The notes: a model not told the origin generated them from the sequence alone. Positions 49,309 through 59,252 are shown, numbered from the whole stretch's first letter. The stretch is 63,372 nt of DNA, filler included, from 6 parts of 6 records of this genome joined end to end with filler, not necessarily neighbours in it; one strand, 5' to 3'. A program made the numbers and translations.

Positions 49309-50145
49309 TCAGGGGCCGGTCTTGAAAAGAGAGAAATAGTTTATCGTTAAAATCGATTCTTTTACATTGTCATCCAACGGCAAAGCTTTTAAATCGTCCA
49401 GAGGCTGCCTTTGGCTATGACTGTGATTGAAAGGGAAATCCGTCCCAAATACTAATCGCCCGGCCAGGCCGGCCTGAACGTAAAAGTCCACAAACTGCAT
49501 CGTGGAAGAAACCGCGGTGTCAAACCAGACATTATTCAATGCATTTTCCACAGGAGGGTGAAGCGAATATAAACCAAGCAGTCCGCCCAGATGCGAGGCC
49601 AGATACTTGGTTTTCGGATGCCGCTGCACCAGGTTGAAGAAAGACCCTGGCGACGCCGGTGAATTCTTGTAGGCCTGGTCGATGTGGACCATGATTGGAA
49701 TGTCCTTGGCAGCGGCCCAAACCGAAAGGTCGTCCATTTCCGGTCCGTCAATCTCAAAATTCTGCCAGACCGGGTTGATTTTAAGGCCTGACGCGCCGCA
49801 GGCAAGCCAGTAATCGGCTTTTTCAATAAAACCTTCCTTTTTGGGTTGAACGGAACACAGGCATGAAAACCTGTTGTTCTTTGAACCCAGGTCCAATAAA
49901 TATTCATTTGTTTCCAGGCATAGTTCGCTCGAATTCCATGGAAAGGCCACCAACAAAGACTTTTCTATCTCGTTATTATCCATGGACTCCAGAATGCATT
50001 CAGGCGATGAGAGGGCCAACGCCCGAGGTCCTTCCGGGTGCCTGTATATGGCCTTGCCAATGGCCTGTTCGTTTGCAGGCGGCGAAAAGCCTGTTGAATC
50101 GCGCATGCGGGGAGGCAGGCAATATACATGGGCGTCTACGATCAA
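49309..50145 (-). CDS. Amidohydrolase_2 family metal-dependent hydrolase
   Basis: IVDAHVY, GLKINP, SHLGG, NVWFDT, VFGTDFPF. Confidence 0.82.
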   Translation of the reverse strand: MIVDAHVYCLPPRMRDSTGFSPPANEQAIGKAIYRHPEGPRALALSSPECILESMDNNEIEKSLLVAFPWNSSELCLETNEYLLDLGSKNNRFSCLCSVQPKKEGFIEKADYWLACGASGLKINPVWQNFEIDGPEMDDLSVWAAAKDIPIMVHIDQAYKNSPASPGSFFNLVQRHPKTKYLASHLGGLLGLYSLHPPVENALNNVWFDTAVSSTMQFVDFYVQAGLAGRLVFGTDFPFNHSHSQRQPLDDLKALPLDDNVKESILTINYFSLFKTGP

Positions 50146-51845
50146 GCTCCCCCCTCCTTTACAGCCAATATCGCCGCACTATTCGAATCTTCTATGGCCG
50201 AGATTTTCTTTTTAAAGGCAATGAAGCCGAAAATGTGCACTATTCTTAAACCCGCAAGCTCAAAGGCCAGTTTTAAATCTTCAAGACGAAACCAGTGGTG
50301 ATAGGGGTACGGCTCGTAGCCTTCTCGCTGAAATTGGTACCAATCCCGGTGTTTGGTGGTAATAAACACCTGGCCTCCGGGGGCAGTCAGTTCGGCCAAT
50401 CGGGCAACGGCCTTAAAAAGAGGAACTCCGCATTTCTGTAAAACCCCTATACATGTAACCGCATCAAAAGGTTCTCCGGGAACGGGAGCTAATAAATCTT
50501 GTTGAATAAACTGAATATTTTCATTTCTTCCTATTCTGCGGGCGGCATATTCCAATAAGGGTCGGCAAAAATCTATGCCGACAATCCGATCGGCGCCGAC
50601 TTTGCCAAGGGCGGATTTGAAAAAGGCTCCGGTTCCGCAGCCCACATCCAGCCATGATTTAACGCCGGCCCAGTTCAATGTATTCTCCGCCAGTTCAAAT
50701 CGGTATTTCATGCCCGCTTCGGAACCCCATTTCAGTTTTTCGTACTCACAAAACTCTTCGGATGAATCCAGGTATTCCAACAGTGTTTCTTCAACAGAAA
50801 ATGGATCCCTATGCCATTTATCAACAGCGCCCTTTATAAATTCGGCCAGCCTGCGGGCGCCATCCATATCAACCAGCCCCGTCTTTGCATTTGTTAGCTC
50901 CCTGTAACCCTCTTTATTGTTCAGCCTGTATTCGAGAGCAGAGGCGACCTTTTCATCACTCACAAGGTCAAATCTCCCAATAAAGTCAAGAGCGCCTTTG
51001 TTCCTGGCGGTTTCGGCCTGGGTGACCAGATTTTCCGCCAGTGCCAGAACTGCCGACGGCGTCCCCAAGGCCATGACTTCCAGGGAAGTAACGCCGCCTC
51101 CGTTGATTACCAGGTCGGCTTCAGCCATTAAAGTCGGCAAATCATCCGGGTTCACCATGGTTGAGATCCTCGGGTCCTGTTCAGCTTCATTTTCAATTTC
51201 TTCAGGCAAAGGAAAATAGGGGCCTATAATTACCAGTGCAAACCAATCCCCTGGAATTGTCCTTAAAATTCGAAGCAGACGGATTGACTGACAATCCGGG
51301 TCCGAGGCGCCCATGGTAATTAAAATGTTTTTTGGCAGGTCGGGGAAATAAGTCCTTGGTTTAAACCTGTCTGGCGAAAAAACGGGCCGCAATGGAAAAA
51401 AGTCGCTGCCTATGGCTGAAAAACGATGGAGCTGTTCTGGATAGACTCCAGCGTCAACTCCAAATGAAAAGTTAATAAAGCCTGTGACTGGAAAACCGGC
51501 TTTTTCTCCGTCATCATCAAGGACCAATAAAGGTATTGTGGGGATCAGCCTCCGCATTTTTCTGTAAAATGGCCTGGGCAGCCTGTATGAGTCCGTGATA
51601 AGGGCGGCCAGCCCCATTTTTCGCGCCAGGGCCGAAAGCGACTCCGGTTCCATTTCGCAAGCGACAACCCGCAGGTTTTCATTTTGGAATATAGCTGAAT
51701 TTGACTCCGGGCCAACAATGATAACAGGTTCAAGATCATCAATGTGAGATAGCGCCGAGGCCAGGGCCGAACACCTGGAAACATGCCCTAATCCAGAGGA
51801 CGGATCGTTGTCCGGGCATATGCCGATTAAATACGGGCGGTTCAT
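50142..51845 (-). CDS. PseG/SpsG-like nucleotide-sugar hydrolase fused to a class I SAM methyltransferase
   Basis: N-terminal GLGHVSRC.ALA, DSY, ILITMGASD, GGVT..E, DGARR; C-terminal WLDVGCGTG, GIDF, FDAVTCIGVL. Confidence 0.8.
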   Translation of the reverse strand: MNRPYLIGICPDNDPSSGLGHVSRCSALASALSHIDDLEPVIIVGPESNSAIFQNENLRVVACEMEPESLSALARKMGLAALITDSYRLPRPFYRKMRRLIPTIPLLVLDDDGEKAGFPVTGFINFSFGVDAGVYPEQLHRFSAIGSDFFPLRPVFSPDRFKPRTYFPDLPKNILITMGASDPDCQSIRLLRILRTIPGDWFALVIIGPYFPLPEEIENEAEQDPRISTMVNPDDLPTLMAEADLVINGGGVTSLEVMALGTPSAVLALAENLVTQAETARNKGALDFIGRFDLVSDEKVASALEYRLNNKEGYRELTNAKTGLVDMDGARRLAEFIKGAVDKWHRDPFSVEETLLEYLDSSEEFCEYEKLKWGSEAGMKYRFELAENTLNWAGVKSWLDVGCGTGAFFKSALGKVGADRIVGIDFCRPLLEYAARRIGRNENIQFIQQDLLAPVPGEPFDAVTCIGVLQKCGVPLFKAVARLAELTAPGGQVFITTKHRDWYQFQREGYEPYPYHHWFRLEDLKLAFELAGLRIVHIFGFIAFKKKISAIEDSNSAAILAVKEGGA

Positions 51846-51873
51846 TATGCTTCATACCCTGACATAAAAATAC

Positions 51874-52587
51874 TCATCGGCTCAGGCTGTAAAAACGTTC
51901 AACTGTTAATTTCGATTTGTCCAATTGGGGGCCGGGCTCCGCGGGCTCCAACATAAGATTGAACCTCCTGCCTTTGTAATCGAAAAAGGCCGGCGCCCCT
52001 TTGGGCAAAGCTCTCAAATGGTCCACAAGATCACGTAAAGGCAAGTCCGGATCGATAGCGGAATCGGCCGGAGTTCTTCTCTTATTGTAAGTTGCTTTTG
52101 ATTCGTCCTGCGGAGTTCCGGTTACTTTTCCGGTAAGGAGTTCTTCAAATGCTTTTTCAAACATTGCGATTGTCAGGGCGTCATCAATTTTTCGAACTTC
52201 GTTTTCCGTTTCATAACCCGATAGTGGATAGAAGCCCTTCATTAACACGTCGCCGGAATCAACTTTCGGCGCCGCGAAAAGCATGGTTTGGGTCAATTGG
52301 GACTTTCCGATCATTGTGTTATAAATTGCCGCCCATCCGCGCCCTTCCGGCAGATCGGATGAATGGAAAAGAACAAATCCGCAACGGGCGGAAGCAATAA
52401 CGCTTTCAGGGATAATCCTGTCGTAGCCCAGTAAAACTCCCAAATCGCAATCTTCACTTAATTCGTCATGGCTGTCAAAAACAAAACACTCGTAACCCAG
52501 GCCGGTTATTATTTCCTCTATGGGAGTCCAGCCGTTATAATTCAGGCCTTTGCCCAGTAAGTGGATTTTCTTTTTTCCCGGCGCCAA
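51874..52587 (-). CDS. Formyltransferase family protein (Fmt-like, probable sugar N-formyltransferase)
   Basis: FHSSDLPEGRG, VDSGD, PQDESKATY..RR.P.DS.ID. Confidence 0.82.
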   Translation of the reverse strand: MAPGKKKIHLLGKGLNYNGWTPIEEIITGLGYECFVFDSHDELSEDCDLGVLLGYDRIIPESVIASARCGFVLFHSSDLPEGRGWAAIYNTMIGKSQLTQTMLFAAPKVDSGDVLMKGFYPLSGYETENEVRKIDDALTIAMFEKAFEELLTGKVTGTPQDESKATYNKRRTPADSAIDPDLPLRDLVDHLRALPKGAPAFFDYKGRRFNLMLEPAEPGPQLDKSKLTVERFYSLSR

Positions 52588-52596
52588 ATATCCCCC

Positions 52597-53322
52597 TTAT
52601 ATTTTTTCAGACTGCAGTGGATCAAAATCCGTTGCATGAACAATGCTTCTTACCAGTTTGAATCCTTCGGCTGCAGGTAAACCGGCTTGGGCGCCCCTTA
52701 TACGAGACAGAGACAGTAATCCTTCCTTGCTCCTTGGGTGAGGAAATATTCTTATTTCAGAACTGTATGCTTCAAGGGCCTTGAGCTTTAATTCTATAGT
52801 ACTGGAAATATCCACAAAAACATTGGGTGAAAAAGGCTGATTCTTCCCTGCAAAATTCCATTCAGTTGAAGAAGGAACTTCGAATGAATATACAGACTGG
52901 ACTCCCTGGCCGGGTAATGGCCTGGTTGCCGTAATTACCGCGCGAGCCGTTATTTCATGATCGATGTTTAAATCCGCGGGGTCATGCGTGTAAACAATGT
53001 TCGGCGCCAATTCTTCAAAAACATCTTTCACGGCTTTTACAACATCGAGAAGGGCGATGCTGTCCATGCGGTTGTCCGGAAAGTCGAGAAATAGCGTTCG
53101 TTCTATTCCCAGTATTTCGGCGGCCTTTCTTGTTTGATCCCGCAGCTTGCTTATTTCCACGCCATATTCGGCGCCTCTGTTTTTGTGTCTGGCTTCTATC
53201 CCCGTGGATAGAATTAAAAGATTTGTTTCGCTTCCGGAATGGGAATGAAGAGCGGCTGTCCCTCCGCATCCCAGTACTTCATCATCCGGATGCGCTGCGA
53301 CAATTAAAACCTTGTTTTTCAA
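52597..53322 (-). CDS. PIG-L family deacetylase
   Basis: AAHPDDEVLGCGG, FPDNRMD, YTH...DLNIDH, SSTEW, HPRS. Confidence 0.92.
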   Translation of the reverse strand: MKNKVLIVAAHPDDEVLGCGGTAALHSHSGSETNLLILSTGIEARHKNRGAEYGVEISKLRDQTRKAAEILGIERTLFLDFPDNRMDSIALLDVVKAVKDVFEELAPNIVYTHDPADLNIDHEITARAVITATRPLPGQGVQSVYSFEVPSSTEWNFAGKNQPFSPNVFVDISSTIELKLKALEAYSSEIRIFPHPRSKEGLLSLSRIRGAQAGLPAAEGFKLVRSIVHATDFDPLQSEKI

Positions 53323-54833
53323 ACGCTCCTCCTTAACCCCTCGTCGCGGCCAAGCTTTGTTTCAGTTTTTCTGTAAGCCCTGTTTAACAGCTTGCCCCTT
53401 AAATACTTATGATTGATCCTGATCAACGCCCTATGGGGCAGCCTTTTATATTTGAATATGGCATCCGCGACAGGAAAAAGCAATTTGCCCAAAGGGCGGC
53501 TGGTTTTGAATATTGCCTTGTACACGGCAACCATGAAACGGTAAGCATTGTAGATGAAAAGTATTTTATCTTCAGTGCAATCCGCCGGCTTTATGGACGC
53601 GCCGGTGTTCTCATAGGCGGTATTGTGAAGCAACGATTGTTCTTCAGCCAGACTGTGCAATTGCGTTCCTTCATACGGCACTACGATACCGGTCAAAGCA
53701 ATGTCCGTATTTACTTCGGCGGCGAGTTTTATCGTTTGAAGCATTTCATCCAGGGTTTCAGTAGGTGCATTCAACAGCGTGGATGTATGCACGTCAATTC
53801 CGTTATCCTTGAGGAGTTTGACTTTTTCAATAATCTCCCGGTTGCTTATGGGAGGGCGATTATATAGTTTCCTGATCCTCATTGAACCGGCTTCCAGTCC
53901 CACGTTCACGCGGACGCAATTACCGCCGGCCATGATGCCGACTGTTTCTTCATCCAGGATGCTTAACATGGCATATGAACGCCAAGGTAAACCTATTTTT
54001 TCAACATAGAGCTGCATCAGCTTCCGGAACCATTTCTTATCCTGGTGAATAATTTCATCGGCAAAATGAACCATCTTAACCTGGGGAAATCTATTCAGGT
54101 AATACTCTAAATCGTCAATCACCCTTTCAGGGCTGAAGCGGCGCATATACTTGCCGCCGGCTCTCATTGCTTTTCGCTTGGCGGCGTTGGAACAAAAGGT
54201 GCACCCGTAAACGCAGTTGCGAGTGCAAAGATAATAAAGACGAGGCAGATTGGAATTGAGAAATTTCAACCGGCCGGGATCGAATATTTCATAGTCATAC
54301 CTGGGAAGATCGTCCGGATTTTCGATAATGCCGCCAATGGGATTCTCTATCAGGTTTCCATCATGATTGATAAACAGATTATCCACATGCAAATAATCCC
54401 GGCCCTGCTCCATCAGGTTGCAAAGTTGCGGCAATGTCCGGTCGCCTTCTCCCACACAAGCCGCGTCTAATCCCAGATCGGTAATTGTTCTCAAGGGCTG
54501 AAGAGTTGGATAAATGCCTCCGCCTATGGTAAACGCCCCGGTTTCATCCTTAATCCACTTGCCCATGTCCTTTACCCAGGATTTTTCAACCTCGGTAAAG
54601 GAAAATGCGAAAACCTGAGTTTTCTTATAAGATTGCAGAGTGGTTTTAAAGTCTTCCTCCAATGGTTTTCTACTGACATGAATTAGATCCGTTTCATGCC
54701 CGTTTTGTTTTAAGCCGGCCGAAAGCGCGGCAATGGCAAAGCTTAAACGTCCGATACTGTCGTCGCTTTTCCTGCCCCGCTCGGCTGTAGGGTCTATTTC
54801 CAGCCAATCTGGAAAAACAAAAGTAACCTTCAT
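53319..54833 (-). CDS. B12-binding radical SAM protein
   Basis: GGGIYPT, VGEGD, TRNCVYGCTFC, GLEAGS, PTET. Confidence 0.87.
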   Translation of the reverse strand: MKVTFVFPDWLEIDPTAERGRKSDDSIGRLSFAIAALSAGLKQNGHETDLIHVSRKPLEEDFKTTLQSYKKTQVFAFSFTEVEKSWVKDMGKWIKDETGAFTIGGGIYPTLQPLRTITDLGLDAACVGEGDRTLPQLCNLMEQGRDYLHVDNLFINHDGNLIENPIGGIIENPDDLPRYDYEIFDPGRLKFLNSNLPRLYYLCTRNCVYGCTFCSNAAKRKAMRAGGKYMRRFSPERVIDDLEYYLNRFPQVKMVHFADEIIHQDKKWFRKLMQLYVEKIGLPWRSYAMLSILDEETVGIMAGGNCVRVNVGLEAGSMRIRKLYNRPPISNREIIEKVKLLKDNGIDVHTSTLLNAPTETLDEMLQTIKLAAEVNTDIALTGIVVPYEGTQLHSLAEEQSLLHNTAYENTGASIKPADCTEDKILFIYNAYRFMVAVYKAIFKTSRPLGKLLFPVADAIFKYKRLPHRALIRINHKYLRGKLLNRAYRKTETKLGRDEGLRRSV

Positions 54834-54849
54834 TTCACTCGGCGTCCCC

Positions 54850-55548
54850 CTATTTTTCCGAACGCATTTTTAAAGCCAGCAACATCATTTCCGCTGTTTC
54901 CCAGTCTTCGGGGGTGTCGATGTCCTGGACAAAATGGCGTGGAATTAAAACAGGCACGGTTTTATCCATCAGAAATTCCCGGATTTCCAAAAAGGCGTCA
55001 ACGTCGAGCCACACGAACTGTCCCGCGTCGTGATATGCTTCCTGAAGATCCTGGGAACGTGTTTGCCAGCCTTTCAGCGAAACAGGATGCAAATTCCCCT
55101 GCTCGCCAATCAACAGGGCCCGCTGAACGGGAAAGGCAAATGAAGTAACCGACATTGCGGAAACAGCCCCGGAATTCTTGAATAATTCATAACCCCGACT
55201 TATATGCTCAGGTTGAATCAATGGTGCGGTTGCGTATATACAACAGGCCGTCTTTACCGGATTCCCGGATTCACTCAACCATTCCAGCGCATGGGCTACG
55301 GCTGCCCCTATGCCGACAATGTCGCCTGCGAGGCTTGCCGGGCGCATAAAAGGAATTTCAGCTCCGTATTTTACAGCGGTTTCGGCTATTTCATCCGAAT
55401 CCGTGCTGACTATTATTCTGTCAAAAAGGTTAGTTTTCCTGGCAGCGGTTATTGAATAGGAAATCATCGGCAAGCCCCCGAAAGGGCGTATGTTTTTGCG
55501 CGGGATTCGTTTACTGTTACCCCTGGCCGGTATTATGGCTACTGTCAT
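54850..55548 (-). CDS. pseF: Pseudaminic acid cytidylyltransferase-like CMP-NulO synthetase
   Basis: IIPARGNSKRIPRKNI, VSTD, CCIYATAP, FP.QRA, RSQDL..AYHDAGQF, VQDIDT.EDW..AE. Confidence 0.82.
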   Translation of the reverse strand: MTVAIIPARGNSKRIPRKNIRPFGGLPMISYSITAARKTNLFDRIIVSTDSDEIAETAVKYGAEIPFMRPASLAGDIVGIGAAVAHALEWLSESGNPVKTACCIYATAPLIQPEHISRGYELFKNSGAVSAMSVTSFAFPVQRALLIGEQGNLHPVSLKGWQTRSQDLQEAYHDAGQFVWLDVDAFLEIREFLMDKTVPVLIPRHFVQDIDTPEDWETAEMMLLALKMRSEK

Positions 55549-55601
55549 TTGGAAATCCTGAACTTTCTAAAAAGGTCCCTTTTTATATATCGCGGCAGTC
55601 G

Positions 55602-57020
55602 CTAATTAGCAGCCGCGGCTTTCTGTTTCTTAGGAAGTCGTATTGAAAAAATACTTCCCTTATTGATAGTGCTGTCAACTTCTATTTCGCCCCCATGGGC
55701 CTTTATTATGGCCTGCACCAGGCTTAATCCCAGGCCTAATCCTCTTTCCGACCGGCTTCGGTCTCCACGGTAAAGCCGGTCGTAGATATGAGGTAAATCC
55801 TCTTGAGAAATCCCCTGTCCCGTATCGCTTACTTTTATGATCGCGTCCTGGTCCCCGTTTTCCAGGGTCAGGATCGCTTCTCCGCCTTCGGGAGTATATT
55901 TGACTGCATTGTCCACAACATTGGCCAGGGCTTGCAGCAGCCGATTTTTATCTCCGTTTATAAACGCAGGCCCAAAGCTTACTATTTTTAGCTTTACGTT
56001 TTTATCCTCGGCCGCATATTGATAAATGTCAACTATCTCTTCCAGCAATGACTCAAGGTCTATTTCCACAATATCGAGCTTCATCAGGTCGGATTCAGCC
56101 TCGGATATATCCATGATCGTATTGAGCATGGCCGCGATACGCTCGGATTCCTCGGCAACATCCATGAGCGTCTCCCGCAAGGTTTCATTATCCCGGTCTT
56201 CCTTAAGAGATATCTCGACTCCTGATCGCATCCTGGTCAAAGGCGTCCTCAAATCATGGGCGACCGCGTCCAGGGCCGATCTCATGCCGGTGATCAGAGC
56301 TTCAATACGGGCCAGCATGCCATTAAATAGATTTACCAGTTCGTCCAGTTCATCCCCGGAATTATTTGAGGGCACCCTGGCGTCCATCCTGCCGTCTTGA
56401 ACCGTTCGCACCGCCTGAATGAGGCTTCTAACCGGTCTCATGGCGCGATGAGAGATTAAAAAACCACCGCCGACTGCGAGAAAAATGCCCGGTAATACAA
56501 TAAAAGCAAATATGGTTCTGAAATGTTTGAGCAGGGTTTTCCTTTCTTCAACGCCGTATCCGACCTGAATGCGCACGCCTTTTTCAGGTTTGAAACTGGT
56601 GATTTCCAAGACATGGCCGCCCTGTTCAAACCTGTATGAAACCCATTTTCCCCCTTGAGAGAACCTGCGCTGTTCTATCTGCTTCATATCAACATCCGAC
56701 CAGCCCGAAGGCAGGGTCAGCGAAAGCGTTATATTTCGGTGGTCTGATATTCGAACAAAAAAGCCGGTCTGCTGGTTGACTGAATGTTCTTCCCTTAGTT
56801 GATCCAGCAAGGCGTTCAAACCTTTGCCCTTGAGAGTTCGAGTGTATTCTTCAAGTTTGGTCAGGGATATTTTTCTGTTGCTGTCCCGGATTGATCGTGA
56901 AAGAAGAATATAGGAAAGAGAAAATAAAAGCAGAATGCTGATTATGAATACGGTCGAATACCAGAGACTCAGCCTGAAACCGGCCCCTCGCATGATCTCG
57001 CTACGGGGTTTTGAGAACAT
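55602..57020 (-). CDS. HAMP-domain sensor histidine kinase
   Basis: Two TM helices, HAMP (GDELDEL..LFN.M), H box AHDLRTPLTR, N box NAVKYT, DTGQGI, GLGLGL. Confidence 0.93.
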   Translation of the reverse strand: MFSKPRSEIMRGAGFRLSLWYSTVFIISILLLFSLSYILLSRSIRDSNRKISLTKLEEYTRTLKGKGLNALLDQLREEHSVNQQTGFFVRISDHRNITLSLTLPSGWSDVDMKQIEQRRFSQGGKWVSYRFEQGGHVLEITSFKPEKGVRIQVGYGVEERKTLLKHFRTIFAFIVLPGIFLAVGGGFLISHRAMRPVRSLIQAVRTVQDGRMDARVPSNNSGDELDELVNLFNGMLARIEALITGMRSALDAVAHDLRTPLTRMRSGVEISLKEDRDNETLRETLMDVAEESERIAAMLNTIMDISEAESDLMKLDIVEIDLESLLEEIVDIYQYAAEDKNVKLKIVSFGPAFINGDKNRLLQALANVVDNAVKYTPEGGEAILTLENGDQDAIIKVSDTGQGISQEDLPHIYDRLYRGDRSRSERGLGLGLSLVQAIIKAHGGEIEVDSTINKGSIFSIRLPKKQKAAAAN

Positions 57021-57675
57021 AGCCCACTCCCCGCAAAGTATGAATAAGTTTTACTTCAAAATCCCGATCTATTTTGCTCCGCAATCGGGAAACAAGAACA
57101 TCCACCACATTGGTTTGAGGGTCGAAGCTGTAGTCCCAGACATGTTCCAAAATAAGGGTTTTGGAAACAACCCGGCCCGTGTTGCGCATCAGGTATTCCA
57201 GCAGGCTGAATTCTCTTGGCTGCAGTTCTATCTTCTTGTCGCCCCTGACTACCTCCCGCGTGAGCAGGTCCACTGATAAGTCTCCGACCGTAAGGCTGGT
57301 CGGTTCAACCGTTCCCGACGATCTCCTGATCAGCGCCTGCAACCGGGCCAGCAATTCGGAAAAGGCAAACGGCTTGACCAGGTAGTCGTCTCCTCCGGCC
57401 TGAAGCCCTTTCACCCTGTCGTCCACCGTGTGTTTGGCGCTTAATATCAAAACTGGCGTGTTGATTTTATTACGCCTCATATTTTCTATCATGGAAAGAC
57501 CGTCCAGCCGGGGCAGCATGATGTCGATAACCGCTGCATCATATGGCTGCGTGAGCGCCAGGTGCAAACCGTCCTCACCGTTATCCGCATGGTCCAGGGC
57601 GTAACCTTCCTGGCGCAGGCCCTGGATGATGAATGCGGCTATTTTACGATCGTCTTCCACTAGTAACAAACGCAT
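57001..57675 (-). CDS. OmpR/CusR-type response regulator
   Basis: Likely start MRLLLVEDD; DIMLP, DDYLVKPF, winged-helix REFSLLEYLM...NVVDV...TLRGVGY. Confidence 0.95.
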   Translation of the reverse strand: MRLLLVEDDRKIAAFIIQGLRQEGYALDHADNGEDGLHLALTQPYDAAVIDIMLPRLDGLSMIENMRRNKINTPVLILSAKHTVDDRVKGLQAGGDDYLVKPFAFSELLARLQALIRRSSGTVEPTSLTVGDLSVDLLTREVVRGDKKIELQPREFSLLEYLMRNTGRVVSKTLILEHVWDYSFDPQTNVVDVLVSRLRSKIDRDFEVKLIHTLRGVGYVLKTP

Positions 57676-57770
57676 GATAAATCCCCGAGAAAAACGATTC
57701 CTCTGTATTCCCTCCAAACAACACAGCTTTAAAATATCAGAAAATATTGTTTAAGAACAGATGGGAGGTA

Positions 57771-57870
57771 NNNNNNNNNNNNNNNNNNNNNNNNNNNNNN
57801 NNNNNNNNNNNNNNTTAATTAATTAANNNNNNNNNNNNNNNNNNNNNNNNNNNNNNNNNNNNNNNNNNNN
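57771..57870. other. Artificial contig linker
   Basis: 44 N + TTAATTAATTAA + 44 N. Confidence 0.98.
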
Positions 57871-59174
57871 CCGACTGGCAGGGAAAGGGTGAAATGTCCG
57901 ATATGGCGAACTGGGAAGAGGGGCATGTCTGGGAAAAAGGAATGTACCTGGTGGTGCCGAAATTGTTCCCTATCATTGGATCGCCGGAGAAGTTCGATAT
58001 CGGCCTGAAGCGCGCCAGGGAATACATTCATGCCGGAGGCATCACGGCAGCCAGCGATCCGGGCGTGCAACTGCCGGATTCTATGATCCTCCAGATGATT
58101 AAAGTCCTGGAGAGTGGGCCTCTGCCCTTTGACTACTATCTAATTCCCGCAGGCAACACGCTCTATGACATGAACGGTAAGGACGGCGACAAAGCCGTTG
58201 CAGCTGCACGCGACCAGGTCAAGAGGTTAAACGGGAAACATATTCAGTGGATGCCCGATCAGATCAAACTATTCACCGATGGCGGCGTCTTTAACCAGCT
58301 TATGCAGATGAAGGACGGCTACCTTGACGGCCATGACGGGGAATGGATCCAAAAACCCGAGGATTTTGCCAAAAGCGCCTGGGCTTTTTGGAAAGAGGAT
58401 TATCAGATTGTCGTCCATCAGACAGGAGACCTGGGGATGGAATTGTGTCTGAATACCCTGGAGGGGCTGCTGCACCGCCAACCCCGTTACGATCACCGTT
58501 TCGGAATTCACCACTTTGGCTTCTCCGAAAAACCGCAAGTCAAACGCGCCGCGGAACTAGGCGCGGTGATTAGTTCCAACCCGTTTTATATTCATGTCCT
58601 TGGCGAGAAATACAGCGAGGTCGGTGTCGGACCTGAACGATCGGAAGTCATGGTTCGCGGACGCAGTGTGGTTGATGAAGGAATCCGGTTGTCATTCCAT
58701 TCCGATGCCCCGATGGCGCCGGCGCGTCCCATGTTGCTGGCATGGTCGGCAGTGAATCGGATTGGTTTATCCGGAAAGAATATTCTCGGTCCACAGGAAA
58801 AGGTGACGCCGGAGGAGGCCTTCCGGGCAATTACAATCGAAGCGGCTTATGCCATGCGTAAAGAAAATGAAATAGGCAGCATCGATATTGGGAAGAAGGC
58901 TAACTTTACTGTCTTTGAAGAAAATCCCATCAAGGCGGATCCTGTAAAATTAAAAGATTTGACAATATGGGGCACCGTTTTCGAGGGTAAGGCATTTCCG
59001 ATTAAAAAGGCGTCCAAAGGGCTGGTGATGTCCCCGGCGGACCAGAAACGTATGGCGGTGTTGGCGGAACATAAGGGAGCGAATGCTTTCGGGCATCATC
59101 ATGGCGATGCCTGTATCGCTAATCAAATACTTCAAGCTTATGCCGCCATGCAGGAGAAAACGCGGGAGAAGTAG
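57871..59174 (+). CDS. Amidohydrolase_3 (YtcJ-like) protein, probably 5'-truncated
   Basis: GITAASD, KLFTDG, H.TGD, FHSDAP, TI.AAY, GSI..GK.A.F.V; N-terminal metal-binding region missing. Confidence 0.85.
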
Positions 59175-59196
59175 AAGTATAATAAACTGGCGAAAC

Positions 59197-59252
59197 GATC
59201 AACCGGCAACTGCCCTCTTCGCTTCGCTCAAAGGGTATTTGCTGGTTTAATC
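59197..59252. repeat. Imperfect long hairpin (terminator, REP or attC-like)
   Basis: AACCGGCAA-C-TGCCCT...AGGGTA-T-TTGCTGGTT arms with G-U pairs around a CGCTTCGCTC loop. Confidence 0.5.
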
